64,000 nt of DNA, from positions 4,216,001 to 4,280,000 of the forward strand of contig OZ231126.1 in assembly GCA_965153355.1 (NCBI GenBank). Reading direction: 5' to 3'. This document shows, in pieces, positions 15,679 through 28,155 of the stretch. The position numbers were made by a program, and so were the translations under genes. This DNA is from Flaccisagitta enflata (taxonomy: Eukaryota). The stretch's first letter is position 1. Every line of letters begins with the position of its first letter. The notes below the pieces were generated by a model, which worked only from the letters and a program-made list of their open reading frames with translations, had not been told where the DNA came from and searched no databases.

Positions 15679-17852
15679 TTAACTTATCCTTTGGTAATTT
15701 GTTTTGCATAAATTGGATAATGACTATGATAAGTTTTAGAGTTTGGGGTTGACTCAGAGTAACTTGATGGATTTGTCTCAATTAGTGGGAAGGATCTTGA
15801 TTTAAGGTTATGGGTGTTATGAGCATTTTACAATGGGAAGATCAGATGGCTGTGAGGAGCATGGGGCGTTCAGCACACTCATCTGGTACTCTTTCTTGTC
15901 ACTTGCACATCTCACAAATAGCTGACAATTATAGATTTTTCTTGCTGTTGATTTGTATCTGTTGAGCCGCTTTGTGGTAAGGTTTGAAGTGGATTTTGAT
16001 AATTCTAAGGATAGCTGTGAGGGGTCCGGATGAAACACCAGTTAGAGCTCCCAAGGCTCTTGTCCTTATTCTAGATTTTTTGTTATAAAGTAATGTTGTC
16101 CAACTCCATATAGTTTAGTACCTTGGTAAAGAATGTCCGGCGGTCCCATTTGGTTGACTCTCGATTCTTACCTCTAAGGGTATGGTTTCTTCACAACATT
16201 GCCTTTGGTAACTACATTATCTTTTGATAATTAACTTATCCTTTGGTAATTTGTTTTGCATAAATTGGATAATGCCTTTGATAAGTTTTAGAGTTTGGGG
16301 TTGACTCAGAGTAACTTGATGGATTTGTCTCAATTAGTGGGAAGGATCTTGATTTAAGGTTATGGGTGTTATGAGCATTTTACAATGGGAAGATCAGATG
16401 GCTGTGAGGAGCATGGGGCGTTCAGCACACTCATCTGGTACTCTTTCTTGTCACTTGCACATCTCACAAATAGCTGACAATTATAGATTTTTCTTGCTGT
16501 TGATTTGTATCTGTTGAGCCGCTTTGTGGTAAGGTTTGAAGTGGATTTTGATAATTCTAAGGATAGCTGTGAGGGGTCCGGATGAAACACCAGTTAGAGC
16601 TCCCAAGGCTCTTGTCCTTATTCTAGATTTTTTGTTATAAAGTAATGTTGTCCAACTCCATATAGTTTAGTACCTTGGTAAAGAATGTCCGGCGGTCCCA
16701 TTTGGTTGACTCTCGATTCTTACCTCTAAGGGTATGGTTTCTTCACAACATTGCCTTTGGTAACTACATTATCTTTTGATAATTCACTTATCCTTTGGTA
16801 ATTTGTTTTGCTTAAATTGGATAATGACTATGATAAGTTTTAGAGTTTGGGGTTGACTCAGAGTAACTTGATGGATTTGTCTCAATTAGTGGGAAGGATC
16901 TTGATTTAAGGTTATGGGTGTTATGAGCATTTTACAATGGGAAGATCAGATGGCTGTGAGGAGCATGGGGTGTTCAGCACACTTATCTGGTACTCTTTCT
17001 TGTCACTTGCACATCTCACAAATAGCTGACAATTATAGATTTTTCTTGCTGTTGATTTGTATCTGTTGAGCCGCTTTGTGGTAAGGTTTGAAGTGGATTT
17101 TGATAATTCTAAGGATAGCTGTGAGGGGTCCGGATGAAACACCAGTTAGAGCTCCCAAGGCTCTTGTCCTTATTCTAGATTTTTGGTTATAAAGTAATGT
17201 TGTCCAACTCCATATAGTTTAGTACCTTGGTAAAGAATGTCCGGCGGTCCCATTTGGTTGACTCTCGATTCTTACCTCTAAGGGTATGGTTTCTTCACAA
17301 CATTGCCTTTGGTAACTACATTATCTTTTGATAATTAACTTATCCTTTGGTAATTTGTTTTGCATAAATTGGATAATGACTATGATAAGTTTTAGAGTTT
17401 GGGGTTGACTCAGAGTAACTTGATGGATTTGTCTCAATTAGTGGGAAGGATCTTGATTTAAGGTTATGGGTGTTATGAGCATTTTACAATGGGAAGATCA
17501 GATGGCTGTGAGGAGCATGGGGCGTTCAGCACACTCATCTGGTACTCTTTCTTGTCACTTGCACATCTCACAAATAGCTGACAATTATAGATTTTTCTTG
17601 CTGTTGATTTGTATCTGTTGAGCCGCTTTGTGGTAAGGTTTGAAGTGGATTTTGATAATTCTAAGCAGCGGCGTAGGACAAGGGACATCAGGGACATCAA
17701 TTGATGTCCCTGCTGTCGGGACACCAAAGTTGTCGGGACACCAAAGAAGATAAAAAGAAAGAGAAAGGAAGAAAAAAAAAGAAAAAAAGAAAAAGAAAAA
17801 AAAAAGAAAAAAAGGAAAAGAAAAAAAAAGAAAAAGAAGGTAGAGAAGAAAA

Positions 17853-17946
<94 letters not shown>

Positions 17947-18503
17947 GGACAAACAGCGAAAGTAAAAAAGTAAAAAAGAAATAGATGAAACAAAAGATGA
18001 AGACGTAAAGAAAAGAAAATAGTAAAACCGACAGAAAGACAAAAAGACTGATATATGGACTCATAAAACCTATGAGAGATTAGAAATTGAAAGTGACAGG
18101 TTATGAAATATTGCTCTCTTCGTCTTGAATTCCTGATCACCTTCTCTCATCCACCTTCAAAACGCACAAGCTGTGGCTGAGAAAGAAAATAACTATTTTC
18201 TCATATACTAGGCATGATTAGGCCCCATCCCACTTAACTAAAATCTCAAAGAAAACAAGAGTATGGTAGGCATTACAATTTTTCAAAATTTTCAAGCAAA
18301 AACTACATATTATTGTCTGTTGGGACACCAGATTTGTCGGACACAAGTTTGGTGGCTGAAGTCCCAAGAAATCCAGCTCCCCTACGCCGCTGATTCTAAG
18401 GATAGCTGTGAGGGGTCTGGATGAAACACCAATTAGAGCTCCCAAGGCTCTTGTCCTTATTCTAGATTTTTGGTTATAAAGTAATGTTGTCCAACTCCAT
18501 ATA
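15679..18503. repeat. 552-bp tandem array, ~3.8 near-identical copies, last copy split by a hAT element
   Basis: Unit starts at 15679, 16231, 16783, 17335; the same 73-aa ORF recurs every 552 bp. Confidence 0.95.
17666..18392. mobile_element. Non-autonomous hAT-type element
   Basis: Perfect 12-bp TIR CAGCGGCGTAGG/CCTACGCCGCTG, 8-bp TSD ATTCTAAG (17658-65, 18393-400); the empty site is seen in the other array units. Confidence 0.9.
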
Positions 18504-18609
18504 TGTATTTTATTGAAAGGAGGGCGAAAAAAAAGAAAATACTCGAAAACTGATAAGCCACATCTATTAAAAATGATCAACGATGATGTTTGCTATGCTT
18601 TCATCAGCC

Positions 18610-18707
<98 letters not shown>

Positions 18708-19195
18708 TCTTTAATCTGTCGACTTATGCTCACCAATACGCCTCACATCCTCCCAGGCCTGTATATAACTGATTAGTAAAACACAATTTACCACTATTTC
18801 AACCTTTACTACAGTCTTCGCTGTTTTTTTGCCTTATAGAGAAGAAAACCATAGATTTTAAAACGCAATGCAACGCATCGCGAGGAAGAAAATCAAAGGC
18901 AGGAGAGGGGGGGCTTAATAACATACACCCCTGCATCTTTTGTGTGTGCGTGTATCTTTTTTTCTGTCCATTTGTCTTTCTTTCAGTTTTTCTTGTACAG
19001 TGCTTCTCTCTTTGCCCTCCCTTGGGGGGACTTAATAACATACACCCCTGCATCTTTTGTGTGTGCGTGTATCTTTTTTTCTGTCCATTTGTCTTTCTTT
19101 CAGTTTTTCTTGTACAGTGCTTCTCTCTTTGCCCTCCCTTGTCTCTCTTTCTCTCTTTCTCTTTCTCTCTCTTTTTTTCTTTCTTTCTTTTTCTC

Positions 19196-19271
<76 letters not shown>

Positions 19272-19419
19272 TCGCTCTTATTTTCTTTCTCTCTCTCTTT
19301 CTTCTTCTCATTGTATCATACTCTTTTCTGTCTACTTTACTATCTATCACTGCTTCTCTGTTTGTCTGTCTGTCTGAAAGTCTTCTGGTGTTTCTCTTTG
19401 TTTCTCTGTCTGTCTGTTA

Positions 19420-19488
<69 letters not shown>

Positions 19489-19909
19489 TCTCATTCCATC
19501 AGACTGGAAAGAGGGCGACGAGGCTCACATCAACTTGAAACACCTTTTTTGAGCTTCGCAGGTGAATTGACTTTGCCTCAGCTTCTTTTTGTCTCTCTCT
19601 TTATCTCTTTTCCTATTATTTCCTTTGTCTCTCTCTTTGTCTCTTTTCCTTTTATTTTCTTTGTCTCTCTCTTTGTCTCATTTCCCTTTATTTTCTTTGT
19701 CTCTCTCTTTGCCTTATCTCCTTTTATTTCTTTTGTCTCTCTCTGTGCCTCTGCGTTATTCTCTCAAAAGGGCTCAGACTTAGGATGAGAAGAACAAATA
19801 AGAACCAAATAGCTGAGTTTGGCATTCCATCCAGTACTCAGGGAGTGTTTCTTTTATTGACAACAATCACGTCTATTCCCAGTAATCGCATTTTCAGCGT
19901 GAACACATA

Positions 19910-20076
19910 CAGTTGAGCCCCGCTCTAACAGATTTCAAGGGACCAATAAATTCTATTTGTTTTAGGCAGAATTCTGTTAATAACAACATAAAAAAAAAAT
20001 TGAACGGACTATGAGTTCGCGTCAGTTTCACATGGAATTCCATTGCTGGCGGGTCCGTTAGAGCAGGGTTCAACTG
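19910..20076. mobile_element. Small Tc1/mariner (pogo-like) MITE
   Basis: TA|CAGTTGA.CCC...GGGTTCAACTG|TA; counterpart at ~51363-51532. Confidence 0.75.
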
Positions 20077-20236
20077 TATCTACTTGTTTCAACCTACTAA
20101 CTTTGGAGTAGGCAAACCAGCAAAGCAAAGAGCTACGTAGTGAGTGAATGGAATGAGCAGTGTGAGCGAACGAACTCAGCGAGCGATTAATCAAGTGACC
20201 CGTTTCAAAAATGCAATTGTACGGTGTATAAATAAG

Positions 20237-20338
20237 CAGCCCTGAACTTAGTGATTTTTTTGAGCGGGCCAGTCGGGCACGCTCCCATCAAATTTAGCGG
20301 GCCCGACTAAAAAACAGCGGGCCCGACAAAATTACTGT

Positions 20339-20430
<92 letters not shown>

Positions 20431-20474
20431 GGTAAAACAGAAGGGAAGATGAAGTATTGAAAAGAGAGAAAAAA

Positions 20475-20547
<73 letters not shown>

Positions 20548-21086
20548 AAACAAAGACAAAAAGACAGAAAGAAAGAAAGAAAGAAAGAAAAAAGAAAGAC
20601 ACAAAGACACAAAGAAAGGAAAAAACAGAAAGGAAAGGAAAGGAAGTAAGAAAAGAAAGACAGAAAGTAAGAAAAATAAAATAAAACAGAAAGGAAGGCA
20701 GAAGGAAAGAAAGAAAGGAAAAGGAAAGAAAGAAGGAAAGAAAGAAGGAAAGAAAGAAGGAATGAAAAAAAAACCAGTTGGTCAAAGTTTAAATGTATTC
20801 TGTGAAACGCTACCTGAGGGGCCTGATTTGAAGCCCAAGAGGTCTGATAGGGGGGGGGATAAACAAACAAACTGAGTGACAAATAAGTATGGAAATCCTC
20901 CTGTGTTCAACAGGAGTCCGTCCCTGGGTTGCTGACAAAAAAATTGATGTTTCTAGTAAAGAAAGAAAGAAAAAAAGAAAAGAGAAAAAGGAGGAAAGAA
21001 TGAGAGAAACAAACAAATAAAGAAAGAAAAAAAAAGGATAGAAGAGAAAAGGAAAAGAAAGAGAGAAAGAAAGAAAGTAAGAAAGA

Positions 21087-21136
<50 letters not shown>

Positions 21137-21162
21137 TCAAGCAAGCAAGCAAGCAAGCAAGC

Positions 21163-21210
<48 letters not shown>

Positions 21211-21389
21211 AAAAAAAAGAGAAAGAAATACAAACGATACAAAAAAATCAATGTACCACTTCAGCATTAATGAAAAAATGACAAGCCAAATATGAGCGGG
21301 CCCGTCGGGCCCGCATATAGAAAAACTTGCGGGCCCGACAGCAAAGATGCGGGCCTCGGGCCCGCGGGCCCGCTCTGAAATCAGGACTG
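20237..21389. mobile_element. Non-autonomous hAT-type element with GCGGGCCC subterminal repeats
   Basis: Termini CAGCCCTGA...TCAGGACTG, 8-bp TSD TAAATAAG (20229-36, 21390-97); empty site in the right arm at ~51205. Confidence 0.9.
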
Positions 21390-23817
21390 TAAATAAGCCC
21401 CTTGAGATTTAGAGTTGGGATGAGAAGAATAAATAAGAACCGAGTTTGACATTCCATCCAGTACTCAATCATGGCAAGTTTCTACTCAATGAAATTCTTT
21501 TCATCACGAGGTTAAGTCGCTTGCTGAGTGACTGTATTAGCGGATGTGTTATTATATATCTATCTTGCCTGGATGAAAATGCATTGATCTGAAACTGATC
21601 TCTCTTCCCAACTCTCATACATAAACCCGCTATAACGAATCCAAAAGTAACTAAAGTCATCCCATAACAAATCTTGGTCCCTTCATGATAATTTTTTTCT
21701 GGCAATAGCGGAAATCCACCTATAACTAAAAAGATTTGTGAGACCGTTGACATCCGTTATTGCGGGGTTCAACTGTACATACAATGCTAAAGGGTGTCGT
21801 AATTCATGTGCATGTTTTATCGCTGCGTGGCCGGCCTCACTCACGTAGCATATTGAGCAGGATGTATCTCATCTACAAGAATTCATGAACATTCTGATAA
21901 AGTGCCGAAATCTTAAATAAAACAAACCTGCACTAAATGATACTGGCTTACTCGGTTGAATTAGAGAAATCGCTTAATCGGGAAAAAAGTCGAAGTCAGT
22001 CTTCGACTTTTTGACATATTTGAGAGAAACAGGGTTTTCATTTTCTTATTAAGAAGTTGAGGGTCTCAATCGACCAATTGCACCCTTGGACGAAATTGAT
22101 AGGGTAAGTAAATTTGATAATTCTCTTTCATTTGGCACCAAGCAAAAGTCTCTGGGACCAATATTCTTTTTGTTATGAATTTTGAAAGATTTATTGACGA
22201 AAAATTTAAATTGAATTTTTTTTTTATTTTTCATGATTTCATGTAGGATCAATAAAGGAGTGTGTCTAAGTTTGATTGAGCATGTAAATACAAGAAAACA
22301 TGCTCATGAGTTATGAGCATAGCTGCTCATGTGTGAGGGTGATTTTGAGCATTTTAGCTCATTTAGCTCATTTAGCTCAGTTATTTTTCTGATTCCAAAT
22401 ACGATAAATGGGCAAATATATTGATGGATGTTTAAGCAAGCAAATACAAGGAAGCATGTCAGTGAGCAGAGCTGCTCATCTGTGAGGGAGTTTTTAAGTA
22501 TTCTAGCTCATTTACCTCATTTAGCTTGCTCTTTTTTCAATTTCAAAACAGATAAATAAATGTTTTGATTTAAGCATGCAAATACAAAAAAGCATGTCAG
22601 TAAGCATAGCTGGTTGTCTGGTTGAGTGATTTTGAATATATTAGCTCATCTAGCTCATTCGGCTCGGGCCTAATTTTCTCTGATTTTCAGTGCAACCAAT
22701 ACACACAATTGCTCTTAATTTGATCTAACAAATAAAAAAAATTGCAGTGACTGAAGACAAAAGCTTGGTGAAAAGTGAACAACGCTTACGACTTTTTTCC
22801 TCACGGCGACAGTCGCCATTACTGGTATTGTTTCAATAGAAATGATAAAGGCCAATTGGCACAGCTCAAAGCAAGATAACTTCAATTTTTAGTTTCTTTT
22901 ATTTTTTAATCAAAGTTATCTTTTCAGTTGAAACATTTTCATTTAGTTTAAAAGGCAGCCCCGGCAGTAATGCATAATTCAAGTCTTATGGTGAGAAATT
23001 GTTGCTGCTCAGAATGTTTAAAAATCTAGTACCCAAGTTAACAGGCCTGTATATAATTGAGGGTCTGGAGATGGGGAAGAAAATCAAAGGGGGAAAAAAG
23101 AGAAAAAAAAAAGAAATTTGGGGAAAATATTACTTTTTACAGTACCAGATGATAAAACCTAATTAGTAAATCACAATTTAACACTATTTAAATCCTAACA
23201 ACATTGTTTTGTAGCTCTATAGGAAAGAAAATCATAGATATAAAAACGCGACGCGACGCGTCGCGGGGAAGAAAATCAAAGGCAGGGATGGATGTAGGGG
23301 AGCTCTGAAGTTCGCCACGTCCACTTTGCATTTCAAGACCGAGTGAGGTTCAAGTCCGACTTATGTAAAAACTGAAAACTATAAAAAGAAATGTAATTTC
23401 CTTACTTTTGGCATCATTCTTGAATGAAAATCCTCCTTTTAAAGGCTTTTTTGTAATAATTCAAACAAACTCAGTTCAATTCTTCTCTTTTTAGGATATT
23501 TTTCTAAGAAATTTTTAATTTTTCAACCTTGAATCCCTTCTAATTCAAGACCGACTTGCTTTTCAAGCCCGACTTTTACCACGTCCATGGACGTGGTGGA
23601 CGTGGCGTCCCCTACATCCATGGGCAGGGGGGGGGGGGAAATCAAAAGCAACTCAATTTTATACACCCCTGCCCAAGTACCAAATTTTCCATGCCTCCTG
23701 AAATATTAATTACTGAGCATAACCGCCCTTTCTATTTACTGTTTGGCAATTTCAAATCTGAACAAACTAGTTTCCAATCAATTCATTGATACAAGATCTT
23801 ATTTCTAATATCGTAAT

Positions 23818-26800
23818 TCATCTACAAATTATAGCTTTTTTGACATTGCCGCAAAAACTACGAAAAGCGAATCTGAAATTGTTGGAAGCGATGAGATAAA
23901 TGCCGAGATTTATACTCGACGTCATCACACCAATCAGATAACTTCCGTAACGCCACCGCGACTGAGTCGCTTCCAAACGATCGCGACAATCCAAAGCGAA
24001 AACGAAATCTAACAAAACGATTATATGGGAACAACTAAACGCCAAAGCGACTAATGCTACCAACTTCTTAAAGTCATCTTCGGTTTTCGCTTTGGATCGA
24101 CTATTTTCGGCGTAACGCGATTTATCTTTAGATCGACTATTTTCGGCGTAACGTGAACGGAAGTGGAGTTTGATGAGTACGAAAAGGGACAATATTAACT
24201 CGATTATCATAAACGCGATCGAATTAACGATTCCAAACCAAGAAGAAACGATAAATCGGGGAAGGTCTAAAAGAGGCGGGATGAGAGAATTGACTAAAGC
24301 TAATACAAAAGTGTAGACGATTGTAATCAATGACGTGATGACGGTTAATTCTACCAAAATTCTCTTTTGAGTTTTGGTTTGACTTTCCATGGCAGAGGTG
24401 ACGTTTTTCAGGGCCCAAGCACGAACGAAGGAGATGTAGAGTATCATGGAACTATTGATTCCCTTGCAAAGAAGACAACTCCAGAACACGACTTGAAAAC
24501 CGTGGAAGCAAAATCGTTGCGCATGACTGTTGAAAAAAAAAGGGAGGGGGGGGGTGGTAGATGATGATCATTAATTGTATTAAGGATCAGGGTACTCTTG
24601 ACGTCCGCGCAAAGAAGACAACTCCAAAATACAACTTGAAAACCGTAGAAGCAAAATTGTTGCGCTTGACTATTGAGAAAAACGGGGGGTGGGGTACCCA
24701 GATGATGTTCCTTAATTTGCCCAAGGGCTACATACCCTGTATTGGCTCTCCATTCAATATTGTTTGGTTCTGAGTAGAAAAATCAGGATTGAAGGGCAGG
24801 GGCATTTTCACAGTTTTCAACGTTAGCATCACGGATGGACCAACAGACGGACGGATAGACAAAGCCTCACTTACAGACTGCAGTAGCAACTCCGCAACTT
24901 AGCCATGACAAGCAAACGTGGTACAGGGTCATCCACCTGAGTTGTCGGATTCTGTTAAGCTTTTCCTCTCTGATGCCAAGAGACATGGATTTGAAATTGA
25001 TCAAGTCTTAAAGAGTATAGATTAACATTTTTTGTATAAAAATTTCAGCCATTTCACCTTGATCTGGGGGCTGAGAAAAACCCGAGATGAATCTCAATAG
25101 TTTAAATTACATGAAAAGCATACTTCTAGCTGCCCCAGTGAGATGAAATTTTACATGAAGAAAGCTGATGGTTTTGCAGAGTTTCAGTTAAAATTTCATC
25201 TCACTGGGTTAACTAGAAGTATGCTTTTCATGTAAATTAAGCTATTCAAACATGCTAGATTCATCTCGGGTTTTTCTCAGCCCCCAGATCAAGGTGCATT
25301 TTGGTCAAGTAGTTTGTCTTTAACATGGATTTGAACATAAAGCTTTTATTTCTGGACTGAGCAGATTTTCCAGGAATTGTGCAAGTTACCAACCCAATTA
25401 GTTTTTGAATTTTTTTAGTAATCAATCCAAAACAGGCTTGAATCAGAAACGATATTAAAGTATTTCAATATATTTGTCAGTTTATCTTTCATTTGAGATT
25501 AATTTTCTCTCTATGTCAAGAATAGTAAAAAAAAATGAAAATGAATGCAAGCAGGATTCAGAATATCTGATAGACAATCTGTAAAATGGTAAAATACTTG
25601 TGTCACTTCAAACTTATGTAAAAGACAAACTACTTGACCAAAATGGCTGAAATTTTTATACAAAAAATATCAAGCTATACTCTTTAAGACATGATCAATT
25701 TCAAATCCATGTCTCTTGGCATCAGAGAGAAAAAGCTTAACAGAATCCGACAACTCAGGTGGATGACCCTGTAGATTGAAGAACTGAACAACGGACGGAC
25801 TTGCCAAAAAATGGTGGATGAAGTCGCGTACACGGGACTAATATTAGAAAATCAGGGTATCTATTAATAGGGAGTACAGTTACACCCCACTTGAACGGAC
25901 CCAAGAGTAACGGTAAGCCTGTAATAACGGATTTAGCTTATTGGTCCCTTCAAATTATCTTTTTTAACATTTCCTTTGTTAGCAAAAACAGAAATCATTT
26001 TCCAACAAACAACCATCATCTTGTATTACCACCTGGCCCGAGCGTGAAACCGGAAGTTCGTTCCGGTTGCGGAAAAAGGGCAGGGTCGCTCCAAAACGAT
26101 AATGGGCTGCTTGGCCGTGACGGTAACGGTATTCAGAAGAAGAAGAGGAAGAAGAAAAGAAAAAGAAAAGAAAAAAGAAGAAAAGAAAAAAAAAGAGAAG
26201 AAAAAAAAAAAGAAAAAAACGGCGAAAAGAAAAAAAAGAAGAAAAGAAAAAGAGAGAAAAAGAGTTGTAACCACAGATGAGTAAATACAGATACTTATGA
26301 TTATTGAAGACCTGTAATGTTGTCCTACTCATACCGTACCGTCCCCGACACGATATTTCAATAAATTGCATCGCTACGCCAGGTGGCTGAAAATGGCGGT
26401 GTTGCAACGTCCACGGAATAGAGGTTTACCGCAATGTCACGCTCGGCCCAGATTACCACCCTTACCTCGTGCAAGGCAGACACAAGTCAATGCCGTTAAA
26501 CGAATCATCTTATATTACCACCCTTACCTCGTGCAAGGCAGACACAAGTCGCAATTCCAACTGAAGACTGTGATCGTGAAAGTCCCAACATTAACGAGAA
26601 TATCCGAGAAAGCCAATGATGTTAAATGAATTATCTTGTATTACCACCCTTACCTCGTGCAAGGCAGACACAAGTCGCAATTCTAACTGAAGACTGTGAT
26701 CGTGAAAGACCCAACATTAACGAGAATATCCGAGAAAGCCAAAGCAGTTAAATGAATCTGCGCCTGAGTCCGACGTTGATTGAGTCTCATAGACTCCTTC

Positions 26801-26997
26801 ATGACGAAGATGACGAGGATGTTGCCCAAGATGCCCGTCAGCGAGATGGAGGAGCAAACCGGGTCGCCTAAGTGCCCGGCGTGAGTTTGGTCGATCTGAC
26901 AGTTTTCGTCACATGGCTGTTCCAAAGTGTCATTCAATGTGGAGGTGTTGATGTTTGAAATGTAATCGTGAAATACATTGGGAAGTGTAGTAGTCAT
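23818..26997 (-). CDS. Divergent rhodopsin-like (class A) 7TM GPCR 'GPCR1'; exons 26997-26654 and 24526-23818; in-frame TAG at 26685-26683 (possible pseudogene)
   Basis: TM1 GILGNILV, TM2 LTALAFSD, TM3 end ISFVR, TM7 SSINLGIY..SNNFR. The GT-AG phase-2 intron 26653-24527 joins in frame. The protein aligns with GPCR2. Confidence 0.8.
24924..25771. mobile_element. Tc1/mariner-type element with long (~150 bp) TIRs, in the GPCR1 intron
   Basis: TA|CAGGGTCATCCACCTGAGTTGTCGG...CCGACAACTCAGGTGGATGACCCTG|TA. Confidence 0.9.
25055..25296. mobile_element. Transib-like MITE with RSS-like termini, nested in the TIR of the previous element
   Basis: CAC...GTG termini, 5-bp TSD CATTT (25050-54, 25297-301), ~40-bp perfect TIR; the uninterrupted site is seen in the host's other TIR. 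Confidence 0.85.
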
Positions 26998-28155
26998 TTC
27001 GGATAGAAATGTACACTTTATAAGATCTAATTTGAGAAGGAATATGCTTAAATGGAGGCAATAGAATTACACAATCAGTGTAGAAATCAATAAGACAATA
27101 TCGGTGTGTCAAGCTTCTGGGAATATATTCCCTACAAATTTCATTCAGGATTTTTGGTCGAGACGAGACATGATGATAATCTCGAGTTTATATGCGGGTA
27201 GCGAAAAGATCAAAACCCTTTCAACTTCTGGAGATCAGTTCAAAAAAAAAAAAAAAAAAAGATTCGTGTCTAGTTTGATAAAAAATAAAGGAAGAGTATC
27301 TGCTTGAAAAAAAGTTGATTCTACTTGGTGTACATAACAATCATACTGGGAAATTGAGGGTTATGTCAAATGTGAGACATGCACACGAAAAAAATCGTTA
27401 ATATACAGAAATACAGGAAGAAATGCAAAAACACTGGAAAAGTGGATCTAAGAAGACAAGAAAGAGGTAGACAATGAGAAGACTATAATAACAGAGGTCA
27501 CCACTCCCTTTGAGGGCACAGCCTTGATATACCATCTTGGCCATAAATATAAGCACAGCTTTTAAGTGTCATAACTCGCTTAATTTTTAACGCACATGAT
27601 TTTTTTTTCTCAAAATTTGCATCTTCAAAAAATCTATCAAATGAGACCAAGCTGGTTCCTGTATCTTTATTCGTTAAGAAATGAGAGCCAAATGAATAAA
27701 ACATTTACTTTTTGCAAGCGTGGTTGGGCAAAACTTTCTTAGTTTATGGAGAATGGTGCACTGGCACATTGCGCCAAATATACTGTAAGATCGACGACTT
27801 AAGCTTGTCTAGCGTTATCCCACATCAATTTGCATCCAATTGAGATTAAAAACCTGCGGAAACAGGGGAAAACAACATGCAAAGCAGGGCTGAAATGAAT
27901 TGCATAAATGGTTTGAAACAACATCACTCTAGAGTACCTCCAGTCTCTCTACAAGTCAATGGCAGGCTATGGTGGATACCCAACATGATCATACTAAATA
28001 TTAGATGCAGTTTGATATCTTTGCTTCTCATCTCTAGTCAATAAATCAACTTATCCACCTATTGTGCTTATATTTATGGCCAAGATGGTAGGTGAGTAAC
28101 ATAGATTGCTACTCATGCCAATGCTTAGATGTAAGGGTCTTTTCAGTATCAACAA

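Noticed and set aside
16014-16045. Hammerhead ribozyme (CTGTGAG...GAAAC) in the 552-bp unit
   Set aside because: It lacks the CUGANGA core and a convincing stem II.
15817-17142. Three tandem 73-aa genes
   Set aside because: They start at non-ATG codons, have no recognisable motif and simply reflect the 552-bp repeat.
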